This document shows positions 38,788 to 48,522 of a DNA stretch of 57,565 nt, piece after piece. The position numbers were made by a program, and so were the translations under genes. The notes beneath the pieces were generated by a model. That model did no database searches and had not been told where the DNA came from. It saw only the letters and a list, made by a program, of their open reading frames with translations. The first letter of the stretch is position 1; each line of letters starts with the position of its first letter. This DNA is from Candidatus Aquilonibacter sp. (GTDB taxonomy: Bacteria > Vulcanimicrobiota > Vulcanimicrobiia > Vulcanimicrobiales > Vulcanimicrobiaceae), in NCBI GenBank assembly GCA_049678885.1, contig JBAUEZ010000126.1:1-57565 (forward strand), written 5' to 3'.

Positions 38788-39896
38788 TTCCAATCCTGGA
38801 TCTGCGGCGCCAGTACCATGCTTTAGAGGCTGACATCGCGCGCGCAGTGCGAGCCGTCCTCGAGAGCGGGCATTTTATCAACGGTCCCAACGTCGAACTG
38901 CTCGAGACCGAGCTCGCCGCATATGCCGGCACAACCTTCGGTGTCGCTGTCAACTCGGGGACCGATGCGCTCCATCTGGCGCTCCGTGCACTCGATATCG
39001 GTCCCGGCGACGAGGTGATCACCTCCCCGTTTACCTTCATCGCGACCTCCGAGGCGATCTCAATGGTCGGCGCGACGCCGGTCTTCGCCGATATCGATCC
39101 GCGGACGTTCAACATCGATCCGCAAGCAACCCAGGCAGCGATCACATCGCGCACCCAGGCCATCGTGCCGGTGCATCTCTACGGTAACCCGGCACCGATG
39201 CAAGAGCTTCTCGCAATCGCCGCGCAGGCGGGGCTCGCGGTCGTCGAGGATTGCGCGCAAGCGATCGGCGCGTCGATCGATGGCGTGCCGGTGGGGAGCT
39301 TCGGCGATGCCGCGGCGTTCAGCTTTTTCCCGTCCAAGAACTTAGGTGCATATGGCGACGGCGGCATGCTCGTCACTTCGCGCAAAGACGTCGCGGATCG
39401 CGTGCGCTCCCTACGGTCGCACGGCGGGCGCGTGAAGTATCATCACGAGGAGCTTGGCGTCAACAGCCGGCTGGACGAATTGCAAGCCGCAATCCTGCGT
39501 GTGAAGCTCCCGCACCTCGATGCGTGGATCGCGCGCCGGCGTGAGATCGCAGGCGCATATTCGGATGCGTTGGCCGAGGACGTCGTCGTGCCGCAGGAGA
39601 CGCCGGGCGCGAGGCATGTCTACCACCAGTACACGCTACGCTTACCCGAACGCGATACTGCGCAGAGCGACCTTGCCGCGCGCGGCATCGGGACGATGGT
39701 GTACTATCCCGTCCCTCTGCATCTGCAGGCAGTCTACGAACCTCTCGGGTATCGGCGCGGCGAGTTCGAACACACCGAGCGGGCGGCGGAAGAAGTGCTC
39801 TCGCTGCCGATCTTTCCCGAGCTGCGCACTGACGAGTGCGAGGCCGTCATCGACGCGCTACGCAGCCTGCGTCGCGGCGCGGTTCCGTCACGGTGA
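38772..39896 (+). CDS. DegT/DnrJ/EryC1/StrS-family PLP aminotransferase, WbpE-like
   Basis: ATG at 38772 ([15 protein letters not shown]...). Motifs [29 protein letters not shown] (PLP Lys), and HQYT near the C-terminus. Confidence 0.85.
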
Positions 39897-40981
39897 AGAT
39901 CCTCACGGTCGTCGGCGCGCGCCCGCAGTTCGTGAAGGCTGCGCTGCTTTCGCGCGAATTGCGCGCACGCCGCGTCGACGAGACGGTCGTCCATACGGGG
40001 CAGCACTACGATTTCAACATGAGCGAAGTATTCTTCAGCGAGTTGCGTATGGCGCCGCCGAAGCACAACCTTGGCGTGGGGTCCTCCTCGCACGCCACCC
40101 AGACCGCGCAGATCATGAGCAAACTCGAACCGATAATGCTCTTCGAACAAGCCGAGCTTGTCGTTGTGTACGGTGACACCAACAGCACGCTCGCGGGGGC
40201 GCTCGTTGCAAGCAAGTTGAACGTGCCGGTTGCCCACGTCGAGGCGGGGTTGCGCTCGTTCGACCGTACGATGCCCGAGGAGATCAATCGCGTCGTGGCC
40301 GATCGACTGAGTACGCTGTTGTTCGCACCGACACGGGGCGCAGCGAATCAACTTCGGCGCGAAGGGATCGAAGAAGGTGTAGCGGTCGTCGGTGACCTGA
40401 TGGTCGATTTGGCGCTCGACATGGCGAAAACCATCGATACCTCGCCTCACGTGCTTGAGCGCTTCGGCGTTCGCCGCCGGGGATATGCGGTCGCGACGAT
40501 CCATCGTGCCGCGAACACTGACGACGTCGCGGTTTTTGCGCGTCTCGTAGCCGGACTGCGTCGAAGCGATGTGCGCATAATCTTTCCGGTCCATCCGCGC
40601 ACACAACCGCTTGTCGATCTGCTTCGGGTCGGCGACTCGGACAACATCACTATATGCGAGCCGCTCTCGTACTTGGATATGCTGGCGTTGCAGATGTACG
40701 CCCGTGTCGTGATCACCGATTCGGGCGGTATGCAAAAAGAAGCCGTAACGCTCGGTACTCCCTGCGTGACTCTGCGCGACCGCACGGAATGGAACGAAAC
40801 GCTCGAAGACGGTTGGAACGTGTTGACCGGCTCCGACCCCGAAGCGATAGCCTCTGCGGCTGCGCGCGAACCGCCCGCCCAGCGTATCGCGCCGTTTGGC
40901 GTGGGAGACAGCGCAGCCAAGATCGTAGACGTCCTGACTGGTGCGACCGTGACGGAGCGCGAGCAATCGTGCGTCTCTTGA
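39893..40981 (+). CDS. UDP-N-acetylglucosamine 2-epimerase (non-hydrolysing) family, WbpI/WecB-like
   Basis: GTG at 39893 overlaps the previous stop (GTGA). Motifs [53 protein letters not shown]. Confidence 0.88.
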   Translation: MKILTVVGARPQFVKAALLSRELRARRVDETVVHTGQHYDFNMSEVFFSELRMAPPKHNLGVGSSSHATQTAQIMSKLEPIMLFEQAELVVVYGDTNSTLAGALVASKLNVPVAHVEAGLRSFDRTMPEEINRVVADRLSTLLFAPTRGAANQLRREGIEEGVAVVGDLMVDLALDMAKTIDTSPHVLERFGVRRRGYAVATIHRAANTDDVAVFARLVAGLRRSDVRIIFPVHPRTQPLVDLLRVGDSDNITICEPLSYLDMLALQMYARVVITDSGGMQKEAVTLGTPCVTLRDRTEWNETLEDGWNVLTGSDPEAIASAAAREPPAQRIAPFGVGDSAAKIVDVLTGATVTEREQSCVS

Positions 40982-42267
40982 GACGCGCGCTGCTGCTCAC
41001 GTACTACTGGCCTCCTCGTCCAGCAATAGCGTCGGTTCGAGCGGAGCACCTCGTTGCGTCGTTAAGCGCGCATGGGTGGGAGGTGGTCCCGGTCGTCCCC
41101 GACTTCGGCGACGTGTGTTACGACCGATCCGTCTGCACCACTGGTGTGGTCGAGTTCAAAGCGCCGGTGCGGCGGTTTCTCGGCGTTCGGGAGGGTGAAA
41201 CAGCGCACGCGCACTTCCATGTGGACGAGCGTGGCGTACTCGAGCGTCCGAGTTGGAAGCAACAGGCCCTCGAAACCGGGCATCGCGTGCTCAGTTTCGC
41301 CGACGGCCGGCTTGGCTGGCTCGGCCCCGGCGTGCGCGCCGTGAGAGAGATCCTGCGTAAAGAACGCGTCGACGCAATTATATCGACGTCGCCGCCAGTT
41401 GCGACGCATCTCGTTGCTGCGGGGGCGCGAGGGGACGTTCCGTGGATCGCCGACTTGCGCGACCCATGGCTGCGCAGCGACGATCTCTCGGGCGGTCCGG
41501 TTTTTCGCGCTATCGACGAGTTGCTCGAGGGCTACGCGTTTCGGGCAGCAGGCGCGCTTGTTACCGTCTCGGAGCCGATCGCGCAGAGCCTGCGTAATCG
41601 CTATCCACATAAGCGTGTCTACGCCATCGCTAATGCATTTTGGAAACGAGAATGGGACGGGATCCCATTCGTCCACCCACCAAAGGCGACGTTCTTGCAC
41701 GCCGGCTCGCTCTATCGCGGCGCGCGCAACCCGCGCCCGTTCTTTGAGGCCCTCGCGCAACTGCGCCGTGAAGGCGAGATCAGCGAGCGCGAGGTCTCCG
41801 TCGAATTCTATGGGGAGCGCGAGAATTGGCTCGAGTGTGAGATCGAACGGTACGGATTGGGTGGAATCGTGGCGCTCTGCGGGCGCCGGCCTCGCGCAGA
41901 GATCCTTGCGCGCGAACGCGCGGCGTCGCGCTTAGTCGTAATCGCCGCAGACGGTGCCGAAGAGCGCGGAACGTATACGGGCAAGCTCTTCGAATATCTT
42001 GGCGCGCGCAGACCGATCATCGCCGTCGGAGGGCCGGCGGAACGGACCGTGATGGACGAGGCGCTTACTCTCAGCGGCGCTGGGGAGCGCCATCGCGACG
42101 CCGGCGGATTGCAGGTCGCAATCATTCGAGCGCTCGAGGAGTGGCGTCGTGGTGAAACGGCGACGCTCACCGAGGAGGCCGTCGCACCGTTCGAACTTAC
42201 GCAGTTCGGTGCGCGCTATGCGCGCGTCGTCGAGGAAGTATCGAACGCGGCAAGCGCATCGCGATAA
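40969..42267 (+). CDS. Glycosyltransferase (GT-B fold, GT4-like)
   Basis: In-frame GTG at 40969. The N-terminal LLLTYYWPP...SVRAEHL pattern and STSPP are typical of a GT4-like subfamily. The upstream part of track ORF 40654.. lies inside the epimerase gene. Confidence 0.65.
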   Translation: MRLLRRALLLTYYWPPRPAIASVRAEHLVASLSAHGWEVVPVVPDFGDVCYDRSVCTTGVVEFKAPVRRFLGVREGETAHAHFHVDERGVLERPSWKQQALETGHRVLSFADGRLGWLGPGVRAVREILRKERVDAIISTSPPVATHLVAAGARGDVPWIADLRDPWLRSDDLSGGPVFRAIDELLEGYAFRAAGALVTVSEPIAQSLRNRYPHKRVYAIANAFWKREWDGIPFVHPPKATFLHAGSLYRGARNPRPFFEALAQLRREGEISEREVSVEFYGERENWLECEIERYGLGGIVALCGRRPRAEILARERAASRLVVIAADGAEERGTYTGKLFEYLGARRPIIAVGGPAERTVMDEALTLSGAGERHRDAGGLQVAIIRALEEWRRGETATLTEEAVAPFELTQFGARYARVVEEVSNAASASR

Positions 42268-43397
42268 ATGTCGCGGTAGCGCTGCGCATTTACACGCCAG
42301 GTTAGGCGTTTGGCCGCGAATCTCCGTGCTGCATCTCCAAGGCGAGCACGCAGAGTATCGTCACCGAGAACGCGCGTAAGCGCAGATGCCAATTCGGCGC
42401 TTGCCCGTGGGGCCACCAACAGCCCGGTCGTCCCGTCGCGGATGATTTCCGGGATTCCGCCTACAGTTGTAGCCACAACCGCGCGTTGCGAAAGCATCGC
42501 TTCGCAGACGACGACGGGTAAGCCCTCGTCGTGACTCGGGAGAACCACCGCGTCGGCTGCACCAAAATGTTCTGCGACGCCGGCAGAATCTCGCTGTCCA
42601 ACCAGTCGCAGCTCGACTCCGGCATCCTTTGACTGTGCTAGCAGCGCTGCCGCATCGGGCCCGCTGCCCACTACGAGTAGAATGGGACGCAAAGGCTTGT
42701 CGATTCGCGCGAGCGCCGCGACCAAATCGAACAAACCCTTCGCGCGGCAAACGGTTCCCGCAAAAGCGACAATCGAGCGATCTTGAGGCAACTGCAGACG
42801 AGCCCGGCATTCTGCGCTATCGCGCGGGAAGAACGTGAACTCGTCGCCACCGTTCCAAATAACCTCTGCAGGCCGCTGGGCTATTCGCTGAATCGACCGA
42901 TCGATAAATGCACTGACCGCGGTTAGGCGCGTCGCCTTGAAGATCGTCTCGCGCGCCGCGCGAAGCAAACCTGGACGTTCGAAGGGCCATCGATAGGCAT
43001 CCCCGCCATGCGCCGTTACGACGGTTGGAACGGGATGGCGGACGGCAATATGTCCCGAGGAGATCAAAAAATGCGCATGTACGATGTCGGGGCGAAAGCG
43101 CTCGATCTCGCGTCGCACCGCCACGTGCACCTCGAACGGCAAATACTCCATGCCGATGTTGCGCGGAGGAACCACGGCGCGAATCGTTCGCACGCTGAAG
43201 CCGTCGATCTCCTCCCTCGGCGGAATCTCGCAATACGCTCGCCATTTGGCACCGATCGGCGGCGCGTACGGAACGACACGCAGGACCTCGCATTCGTGGC
43301 CGAGCTCACGCAACGCTTGCATCTGATGAAGCACGAAGATTCCCGGATTCGGCTGTCGCGCCGACGGGAAGACCAGCGGCAGTACCAATACACGCAT
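42216..43397 (-). CDS. Glycosyltransferase family 4 (GT-B, E-x7-E)
   Basis: MRVLVLPLVFP start at 43397. The C-terminal VLPSHDEGLPVVVCEAMLSQRAVVATTVGGIPEII is the GT4 retaining-transferase signature. Its 3' end overlaps the convergent GT by about 52 nt. Confidence 0.88.
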   Translation of the reverse strand: MRVLVLPLVFPSARQPNPGIFVLHQMQALRELGHECEVLRVVPYAPPIGAKWRAYCEIPPREEIDGFSVRTIRAVVPPRNIGMEYLPFEVHVAVRREIERFRPDIVHAHFLISSGHIAVRHPVPTVVTAHGGDAYRWPFERPGLLRAARETIFKATRLTAVSAFIDRSIQRIAQRPAEVIWNGGDEFTFFPRDSAECRARLQLPQDRSIVAFAGTVCRAKGLFDLVAALARIDKPLRPILLVVGSGPDAAALLAQSKDAGVELRLVGQRDSAGVAEHFGAADAVVLPSHDEGLPVVVCEAMLSQRAVVATTVGGIPEIIRDGTTGLLVAPRASAELASALTRVLGDDTLRARLGDAARRFAAKRLTWRVNAQRYRDIYRDALAAFDTSSTTRA

Positions 43398-43401
43398 TGC
43401 G

Positions 43402-44577
43402 CTACTTGAATGCAATTGTTGCCTGTAAAGGTGCTAGCTGCGCGGGCGGCGGTTGATTTGTTATACGAACCGCGCCGCCGTCGAAGACGCCCGAGCCCGA
43501 TAGGACCAGCGTTCGGCTGTAGCCGGGCAGCGAGACCGGATGCGCGCTGACGGCGTCCGAGTTGACTGCCGCGGCACACGGCCCGACCGAGCGGGCCGCC
43601 AGATAACACGTGCGGTATTCGCGGACGTACGATCCTTTGGCTTGGCGCAACTGCGCGATGTCGTGCACGTCGCCGGTCACGGGATTCAAAGCAACCAGCT
43701 GGCTCTCGGGCATCACGTGCGCACCCGTCGGCGTTTTATAATATTCCCAGAGCACGCTCGTTCTTGGATCGTACGTCAACAGAAACGACGCATAACTATA
43801 CGTGCGAGATGCGTACGCTTGTGTGGCGAGCGTCAAGTCACGCCCATAACAAAAGAAGTACTTGCCCGCATCTGCCATGCGAATCTCAGTGTTTTCTGTT
43901 GCTTCCCATTGCCATCCGCCGACGCTGTGCACGCTGCCCAGTTGGGCATAGCACGACTCCTGCATTCCGCCGATCGCGGCGGCGTTGAGGGCAATCACCT
44001 TCGAGACGGCATGACCGTCGAAAATGCCGAGTCCGTTGTAAATTACGGGCAGGCCGACGTTTTGCATCAGGTAGAGCTCGTCTTGAATCCATTGATCGAA
44101 GCTGTAGTTGCAGGGTGTGTCTTGCGCGTATGCGGCGCCGACGGCGTCGTCCGCGAACACGGCGGTGAAGTTGCCGCCCCCCCGCAGGACCATAGTTCTC
44201 CAAGCCGATGCAAGCGCTCGCGACCGCGGATTGGTGAGCACCTGACCCGGGTAGCTTGCCGACGCACGGACTCTCGTCCCCGAGCACGTGTGCAAGTATT
44301 GACTTTCGTCCTGGCTGTACATCGCGTCCGACGGCTGCAGTCGGTTCGGATCGCTGTACGCGACCGTCTTGACGCCGAACGGGAGGATCTTTAGGGACGA
44401 GGATGCATTCGTCTCGACCCAGCTGAGCCACTGGGCGGCTTGGTTCGCGGGCACGACCTTCGTTCCGGCGTAGCCTCCCCAATAATCCGCTGTTTGAACG
44501 TGACTCGGAACCTGAGCAGTCAGCGCCGCAATCAACGATATCATCACGAGCGACCGTACGAACATTCGCCGCACCAT
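43402..44577 (-). CDS. Secreted protein consisting only of the uncharacterised ~390-aa domain (paralog B)
   Basis: I prefer the ATG at 44577 (MVRRMFVRSLVMISLIAALTAQ signal peptide); the start is uncertain. It shares ADYWGG, DPNR, CSG, FADD, PVIYNGLG, GW.WE.TENTE, ASFLLTYDP, VLWEY, AHVMPE, VGPCAAAVN and TLVLSGSGVFDGG with paralogs A and C. Confidence 0.8.
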   Translation of the reverse strand: MVRRMFVRSLVMISLIAALTAQVPSHVQTADYWGGYAGTKVVPANQAAQWLSWVETNASSSLKILPFGVKTVAYSDPNRLQPSDAMYSQDESQYLHTCSGTRVRASASYPGQVLTNPRSRALASAWRTMVLRGGGNFTAVFADDAVGAAYAQDTPCNYSFDQWIQDELYLMQNVGLPVIYNGLGIFDGHAVSKVIALNAAAIGGMQESCYAQLGSVHSVGGWQWEATENTEIRMADAGKYFFCYGRDLTLATQAYASRTYSYASFLLTYDPRTSVLWEYYKTPTGAHVMPESQLVALNPVTGDVHDIAQLRQAKGSYVREYRTCYLAARSVGPCAAAVNSDAVSAHPVSLPGYSRTLVLSGSGVFDGGAVRITNQPPPAQLAPLQATIAFK

Positions 44578-44730
44578 TGTTCGTATTAACGCAAAGACGA
44601 ACGCTCGTGTCGCCCCCCAATTGGCTCCCTCGATCGGGACTCGTTGGCCCTTTCCGGAAAACGCTAGAGATCGCCGAAGCTTACGAGCCCACCGCTGCAT
44701 GCTGCAAGGACCATAGCAACAGGGCCCTTT

Positions 44731-46896
44731 ATGCCCCATTCACGAGGCCCCATGTTTCCGTTGTTCGGAGTGCCGATTTTTGCGACGATCCAGAGGATGG
44801 AAGAGTCTGTCGCTATCGTCATGTCGACGTTGAACGAGGAGTCCAGCATCGATTCTGCGCTCGACGCGATCGAATCCCAAACCGCCGGTGTGCGGATCCT
44901 CGTCATCGACGGCGGCTCGAACGACACGACTGTCGATCGCCTCCACCGGCGTGCGGCACGAAATCCCCGTCTGCGTGTCCATGCCGATGGCGTGCGCCGC
45001 TCGCTGCCCGAAGCGCTGAACGTCGGGCTCGCCGAGATCGAAGAGTCGTTCGTGGTGAAAGTCGACGCGCGAACGTTTATCGCGCCCGATTTTATCGAAC
45101 GGGCTCTGCAGATTTTCGAACGCGAAGGTCCCTGCGTCGCTTGCGTCGGAGGCCGCCCTGAGCAATACGGCCAGACGAATTTTGGACAGAGCGTCGCGTA
45201 TGCCCGGATGTCTCCATTCGGCGTCGGCGGTAGCGGATACGCCGACACGCGACCGTACGCCGACGTCGACACGGTTCAGTGTGGCGTATACCGGCGCAGC
45301 GCATTACTCGAGGTCGGAGGATTCGACGGTGCGTTGCAGTTCGGTGAGGACGAGGAACTGAATTGGCGCCTGCGCAAAGCGGGATATCGAATAGTTCGCG
45401 ACACCAACGTACGATTTCGCTATGTTGCGCGTTCCACGTGGCGCGGAGCCTTTGCACAGTATCGTAACTACGGTCGCGCTCGAGCTCGCGTCGTGGCCAA
45501 ACATCCGGGTTTTATGCGTCCGCGTCATCTCGTCCCCACTGCAGTGCTGCTCGGCGGCGCTGCGCTCATCGCCGCGGCGCCGTTCTCTCGTCGCGCTCGC
45601 ACGCTGCTCGGCGTCGTCGCGCTCGCCTATGGAGCCGCTGCAGCTGGGGCAGCCTGCGCGGCAGCTCGAAAGGATATTCGGCGCGCTCCGGCCACCGCGT
45701 TCGCCTTCACGGCGCTCCATTTAGGATACGGAATCGGGCTACTCGAAGGGCTGCGCGCGCGTCGGCCGCCGCGACACGATGTACCGAAGAAGGTTGCACA
45801 TCTCACCTCAGTGCACGATCCGGGCGACTCCCGCATCACCGTAAAGGAATGTGCAACGTTGCTCGAATCTGGATATAACGTCGTGCTAGTCGCACCAGGA
45901 GCGCTGCGCAATGCTCCTTTGGGGCTCACATTCCGTTCGCTACCGCTGCCGAAAAATCGCTTCGAGCGTCTGACGCGCACGGTGTGGAACGTCTATCGCG
46001 CGGCCCTAAAAGAGAAGGCCGACGTCTATCACTTCCACGATCCCGAGCTGATCTTCGTCGGACTCGCGCTGCGGCTGATCGGCGCGCGCGTGATCTTCGA
46101 TGTGCACGAAAACATTCCGGCCGATATCGTCGACAAGCCGTGGATCGCGCCTTCGTTGCGGCGTCCGGTCGCGGCAGCCTCTGCTGCCGCCCTGCGCGTA
46201 TTCAACCGATTCTTCAGCGCGGTCATCGCTGCAACACCCACGATCGCGAGCGGACTTCAACACGATCGGCTCGCAGTGGTGAACAATTATCCCCGCGCCG
46301 ACGAATTTGCGGCTGTAGTTGATGATGATTTTTCAGATCGTCCCGCATCGGTATTGTACCTGGGAAGCATTACGCTCATTCGATGTATTGACCGGCTTGT
46401 CGGCGCGCTCGCGCATCCTGAAATGAGTGACGGAATCCGCTTGACGCTGATCGGCCGCTTTGAAGACGCTCGCCTCGAGCAGCGCATATCGGCAATGCCG
46501 GGTTGGAATCGTGTAGACTATCTGGGTTGGCGCTCTCGCAAGGACGTTCAAAGCATCGTCGGAAGGGTGCGTGCCGGCGTTATTCTCTTTCGTACGGGGC
46601 CGAATATCGATGATGCGCTCCCGACGAAACTCTTCGAATATATGGCTGCCGGTCTGCCGGTAGTCGTCTCGTCCACGCTTCGCTGCAGCTCGCTTGTAGT
46701 TGACGCCGGATGCGGAGTTGTCGTTGATCCCGACGACGAAGCAGCGGTTGCACGGGCGATCAGCGATTTGGTGAGCAACCCCAGTTTGGCTCAAGCCATG
46801 GGTGCACGCGGAAGACGTCTCGTGCTCGAACGGTATCTATGGGAGAGCGAAGGCACTCGACTGACGAAATTATACGCGGAGATCGCGACCGCGTGA
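44731..46896 (+). CDS. Bifunctional glycosyltransferase: N-terminal GT2 (ExoA-like, with TM segment) fused to C-terminal GT4
   Basis: 721 aa; the start is uncertain (44731, 44752 or 44797). GT2 part: VAIVMSTLNEE, VIDGGSNDTT, KVDAR, GEDEELNWRL, followed by 3-4 hydrophobic helices. GT4 part: VAHLTSVHDPGDSRI...YHFHDPEL...FEYMAAGLPVVVS. Confidence 0.8.
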   Translation: MPHSRGPMFPLFGVPIFATIQRMEESVAIVMSTLNEESSIDSALDAIESQTAGVRILVIDGGSNDTTVDRLHRRAARNPRLRVHADGVRRSLPEALNVGLAEIEESFVVKVDARTFIAPDFIERALQIFEREGPCVACVGGRPEQYGQTNFGQSVAYARMSPFGVGGSGYADTRPYADVDTVQCGVYRRSALLEVGGFDGALQFGEDEELNWRLRKAGYRIVRDTNVRFRYVARSTWRGAFAQYRNYGRARARVVAKHPGFMRPRHLVPTAVLLGGAALIAAAPFSRRARTLLGVVALAYGAAAAGAACAAARKDIRRAPATAFAFTALHLGYGIGLLEGLRARRPPRHDVPKKVAHLTSVHDPGDSRITVKECATLLESGYNVVLVAPGALRNAPLGLTFRSLPLPKNRFERLTRTVWNVYRAALKEKADVYHFHDPELIFVGLALRLIGARVIFDVHENIPADIVDKPWIAPSLRRPVAAASAAALRVFNRFFSAVIAATPTIASGLQHDRLAVVNNYPRADEFAAVVDDDFSDRPASVLYLGSITLIRCIDRLVGALAHPEMSDGIRLTLIGRFEDARLEQRISAMPGWNRVDYLGWRSRKDVQSIVGRVRAGVILFRTGPNIDDALPTKLFEYMAAGLPVVVSSTLRCSSLVVDAGCGVVVDPDDEAAVARAISDLVSNPSLAQAMGARGRRLVLERYLWESEGTRLTKLYAEIATA

Positions 46897-48515
46897 TTTC
46901 GTCCCGGTGGTTTTGGCTCGTGGTGGGCCTCGCCGTTGTGCTCGGAACGTTCTTTCGCGTCGAGCATATCGAACGCCGGCTATTCTGGACCGACGAGAGC
47001 TGGACGGCACTTCGCGTCTCCGGTCACACGTACGTCGAGGTGAGGCATCTTTTCGACGGACGAGTCCACACGAACGTCGACGTGACACGCTTCCAACAGG
47101 CCGATCCGTATCGCAACCTTTCAGCTACCGTTTCAGGACTCGCTGCCGAAGAGCCGCAACATCCTCCCGTTTTCTACGTCCTCGACCACGTCTGGGCCCT
47201 CATGTTCGGAAGTGCGATACCCGCACTCCGATCTCCGGCGCTGCTCTTCAGTATCGCCGCGATTGCCGGGGCGTACTGGTTCGTCGCCGAACTCTCCGGA
47301 AGCGCGATCGCGGCGGGTGCAGCTGCCGCGATCATGGCCGTCTCTCCATTCTTCGTCAATTACGGGGGTCAAGCGCGCGAATATAGTCTCTGGACGATGG
47401 CCGTTTGCGTTACATCGGCACTTCTGCTGCGCGCACTTCGCCGCCGTACCGCCCTGAGCTGGGTCTGGTATGCGCTGGCCATGGCGGTGAGCTTGTACTC
47501 CGCGCTCTTTATGATCTCCGTTCTTGCTGCACATGCACTCTACGTCATTGTGGAAAAGAGACAAGACCATAGGAGCATCGCTGCCTTTGCAATCGCTGCC
47601 GTCGTAGCGTTCGCGTCCTTCGTTCCATGGCTCCTCGTATGTGTGCATGGCACGCACGCGATCTGGGCCGAGCAGCAGTGGACGCGAATACCCTATCAAC
47701 TCACCGCATTCATTTCGAAATGGGCGTTTAATACAGACACGGTGCTCTTCGATGCTGAGTACGCCGATATGCGGCTGTTGCCTATCGCGGCCGTAATGCT
47801 CTTCGTCATACTATACAGTGCATTTCGCCTGATTCGAGACGAAAGCTTCCGCACGTGGCGGCTGCTCGTGCTCTTAAGCGCCGCGATTGTGCTTCCGCAG
47901 ATCCTGCTCGATCTTGCGACGCGCGGCCATTCTTCGACTGAATCGCGTTACATGATTCCCCTCTGGCTCTCGCTCCTCGTAGCAGTCGCGCTCCTCTTCG
48001 GACGTGCGCTCAGCCGCTCGCGAACCGGCGTCGCTGCGCTGCCGTTCGCCGCGCTCTGTGCGGTGCTTGCCGTGGCAACGTTTTCATCCGCGCGCAACTC
48101 CACGGCGGTCGTATGGTGGGACAACGACGACGACTATCCGTCGACGGCAATGGCAGCGGAGATTGATGCATCCGGTCCGCGGCCGCTCGTCGTAAGCGAA
48201 GGTCATTGGGCGGAAGTGCTCGTGATGAGCCATTATCTCTCGCCGGACGCTCGCCTACTGCTTTTCAAGGGTACGCCGCCGTTCCCGTTGCCAATAGCAC
48301 GCCGAACGTTTCTGCTCGCGCCTTCAGCGCGAACCCTCGCGGCATTCGCTAGGGAACCGCAATACGCGCTCACCGCGGCAGCACTGGCTCCTCCGGGCAG
48401 TGAGGCGCTCTTAGCGTTCCGCGCAGCGGTGCGCAAGCGCCGTCCCGGCGCAACGGACGACGAAGCGCCCGGGGAGTTTCTGTACCGGATCCAAGCGCGT
48501 GTCGCTCGCCGTTAA
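46893..48515 (+). CDS. GT-C fold membrane glycosyltransferase (ArnT / PMT_2, GT39/GT83-like)
   Basis: GTG at 46893 overlaps the upstream stop (GTGA). More than 10 predicted TM helices. First-loop FWTDESW (D-E motif) and EEPQHPPVFYVL are hallmarks of polyprenyl-phosphate-sugar-dependent GT-C enzymes. Confidence 0.75.
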   Translation: MISSRWFWLVVGLAVVLGTFFRVEHIERRLFWTDESWTALRVSGHTYVEVRHLFDGRVHTNVDVTRFQQADPYRNLSATVSGLAAEEPQHPPVFYVLDHVWALMFGSAIPALRSPALLFSIAAIAGAYWFVAELSGSAIAAGAAAAIMAVSPFFVNYGGQAREYSLWTMAVCVTSALLLRALRRRTALSWVWYALAMAVSLYSALFMISVLAAHALYVIVEKRQDHRSIAAFAIAAVVAFASFVPWLLVCVHGTHAIWAEQQWTRIPYQLTAFISKWAFNTDTVLFDAEYADMRLLPIAAVMLFVILYSAFRLIRDESFRTWRLLVLLSAAIVLPQILLDLATRGHSSTESRYMIPLWLSLLVAVALLFGRALSRSRTGVAALPFAALCAVLAVATFSSARNSTAVVWWDNDDDYPSTAMAAEIDASGPRPLVVSEGHWAEVLVMSHYLSPDARLLLFKGTPPFPLPIARRTFLLAPSARTLAAFAREPQYALTAAALAPPGSEALLAFRAAVRKRRPGATDDEAPGEFLYRIQARVARR

Positions 48516-48522
48516 CGCTTTT

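Noticed and set aside
44580-44660. ACGCAAAG motif in the divergent region upstream of the GT2-GT4 fusion, considered as a possible c-di-GMP-I (GEMM) riboswitch.
   Set aside because: Only the short ACGCAAAG-like string is present. I could not find the paired P1/P2 hairpins, the GNRA tetraloop/receptor arrangement or the second conserved GCAAA block. A cmsearch with the Rfam GEMM models would settle it.
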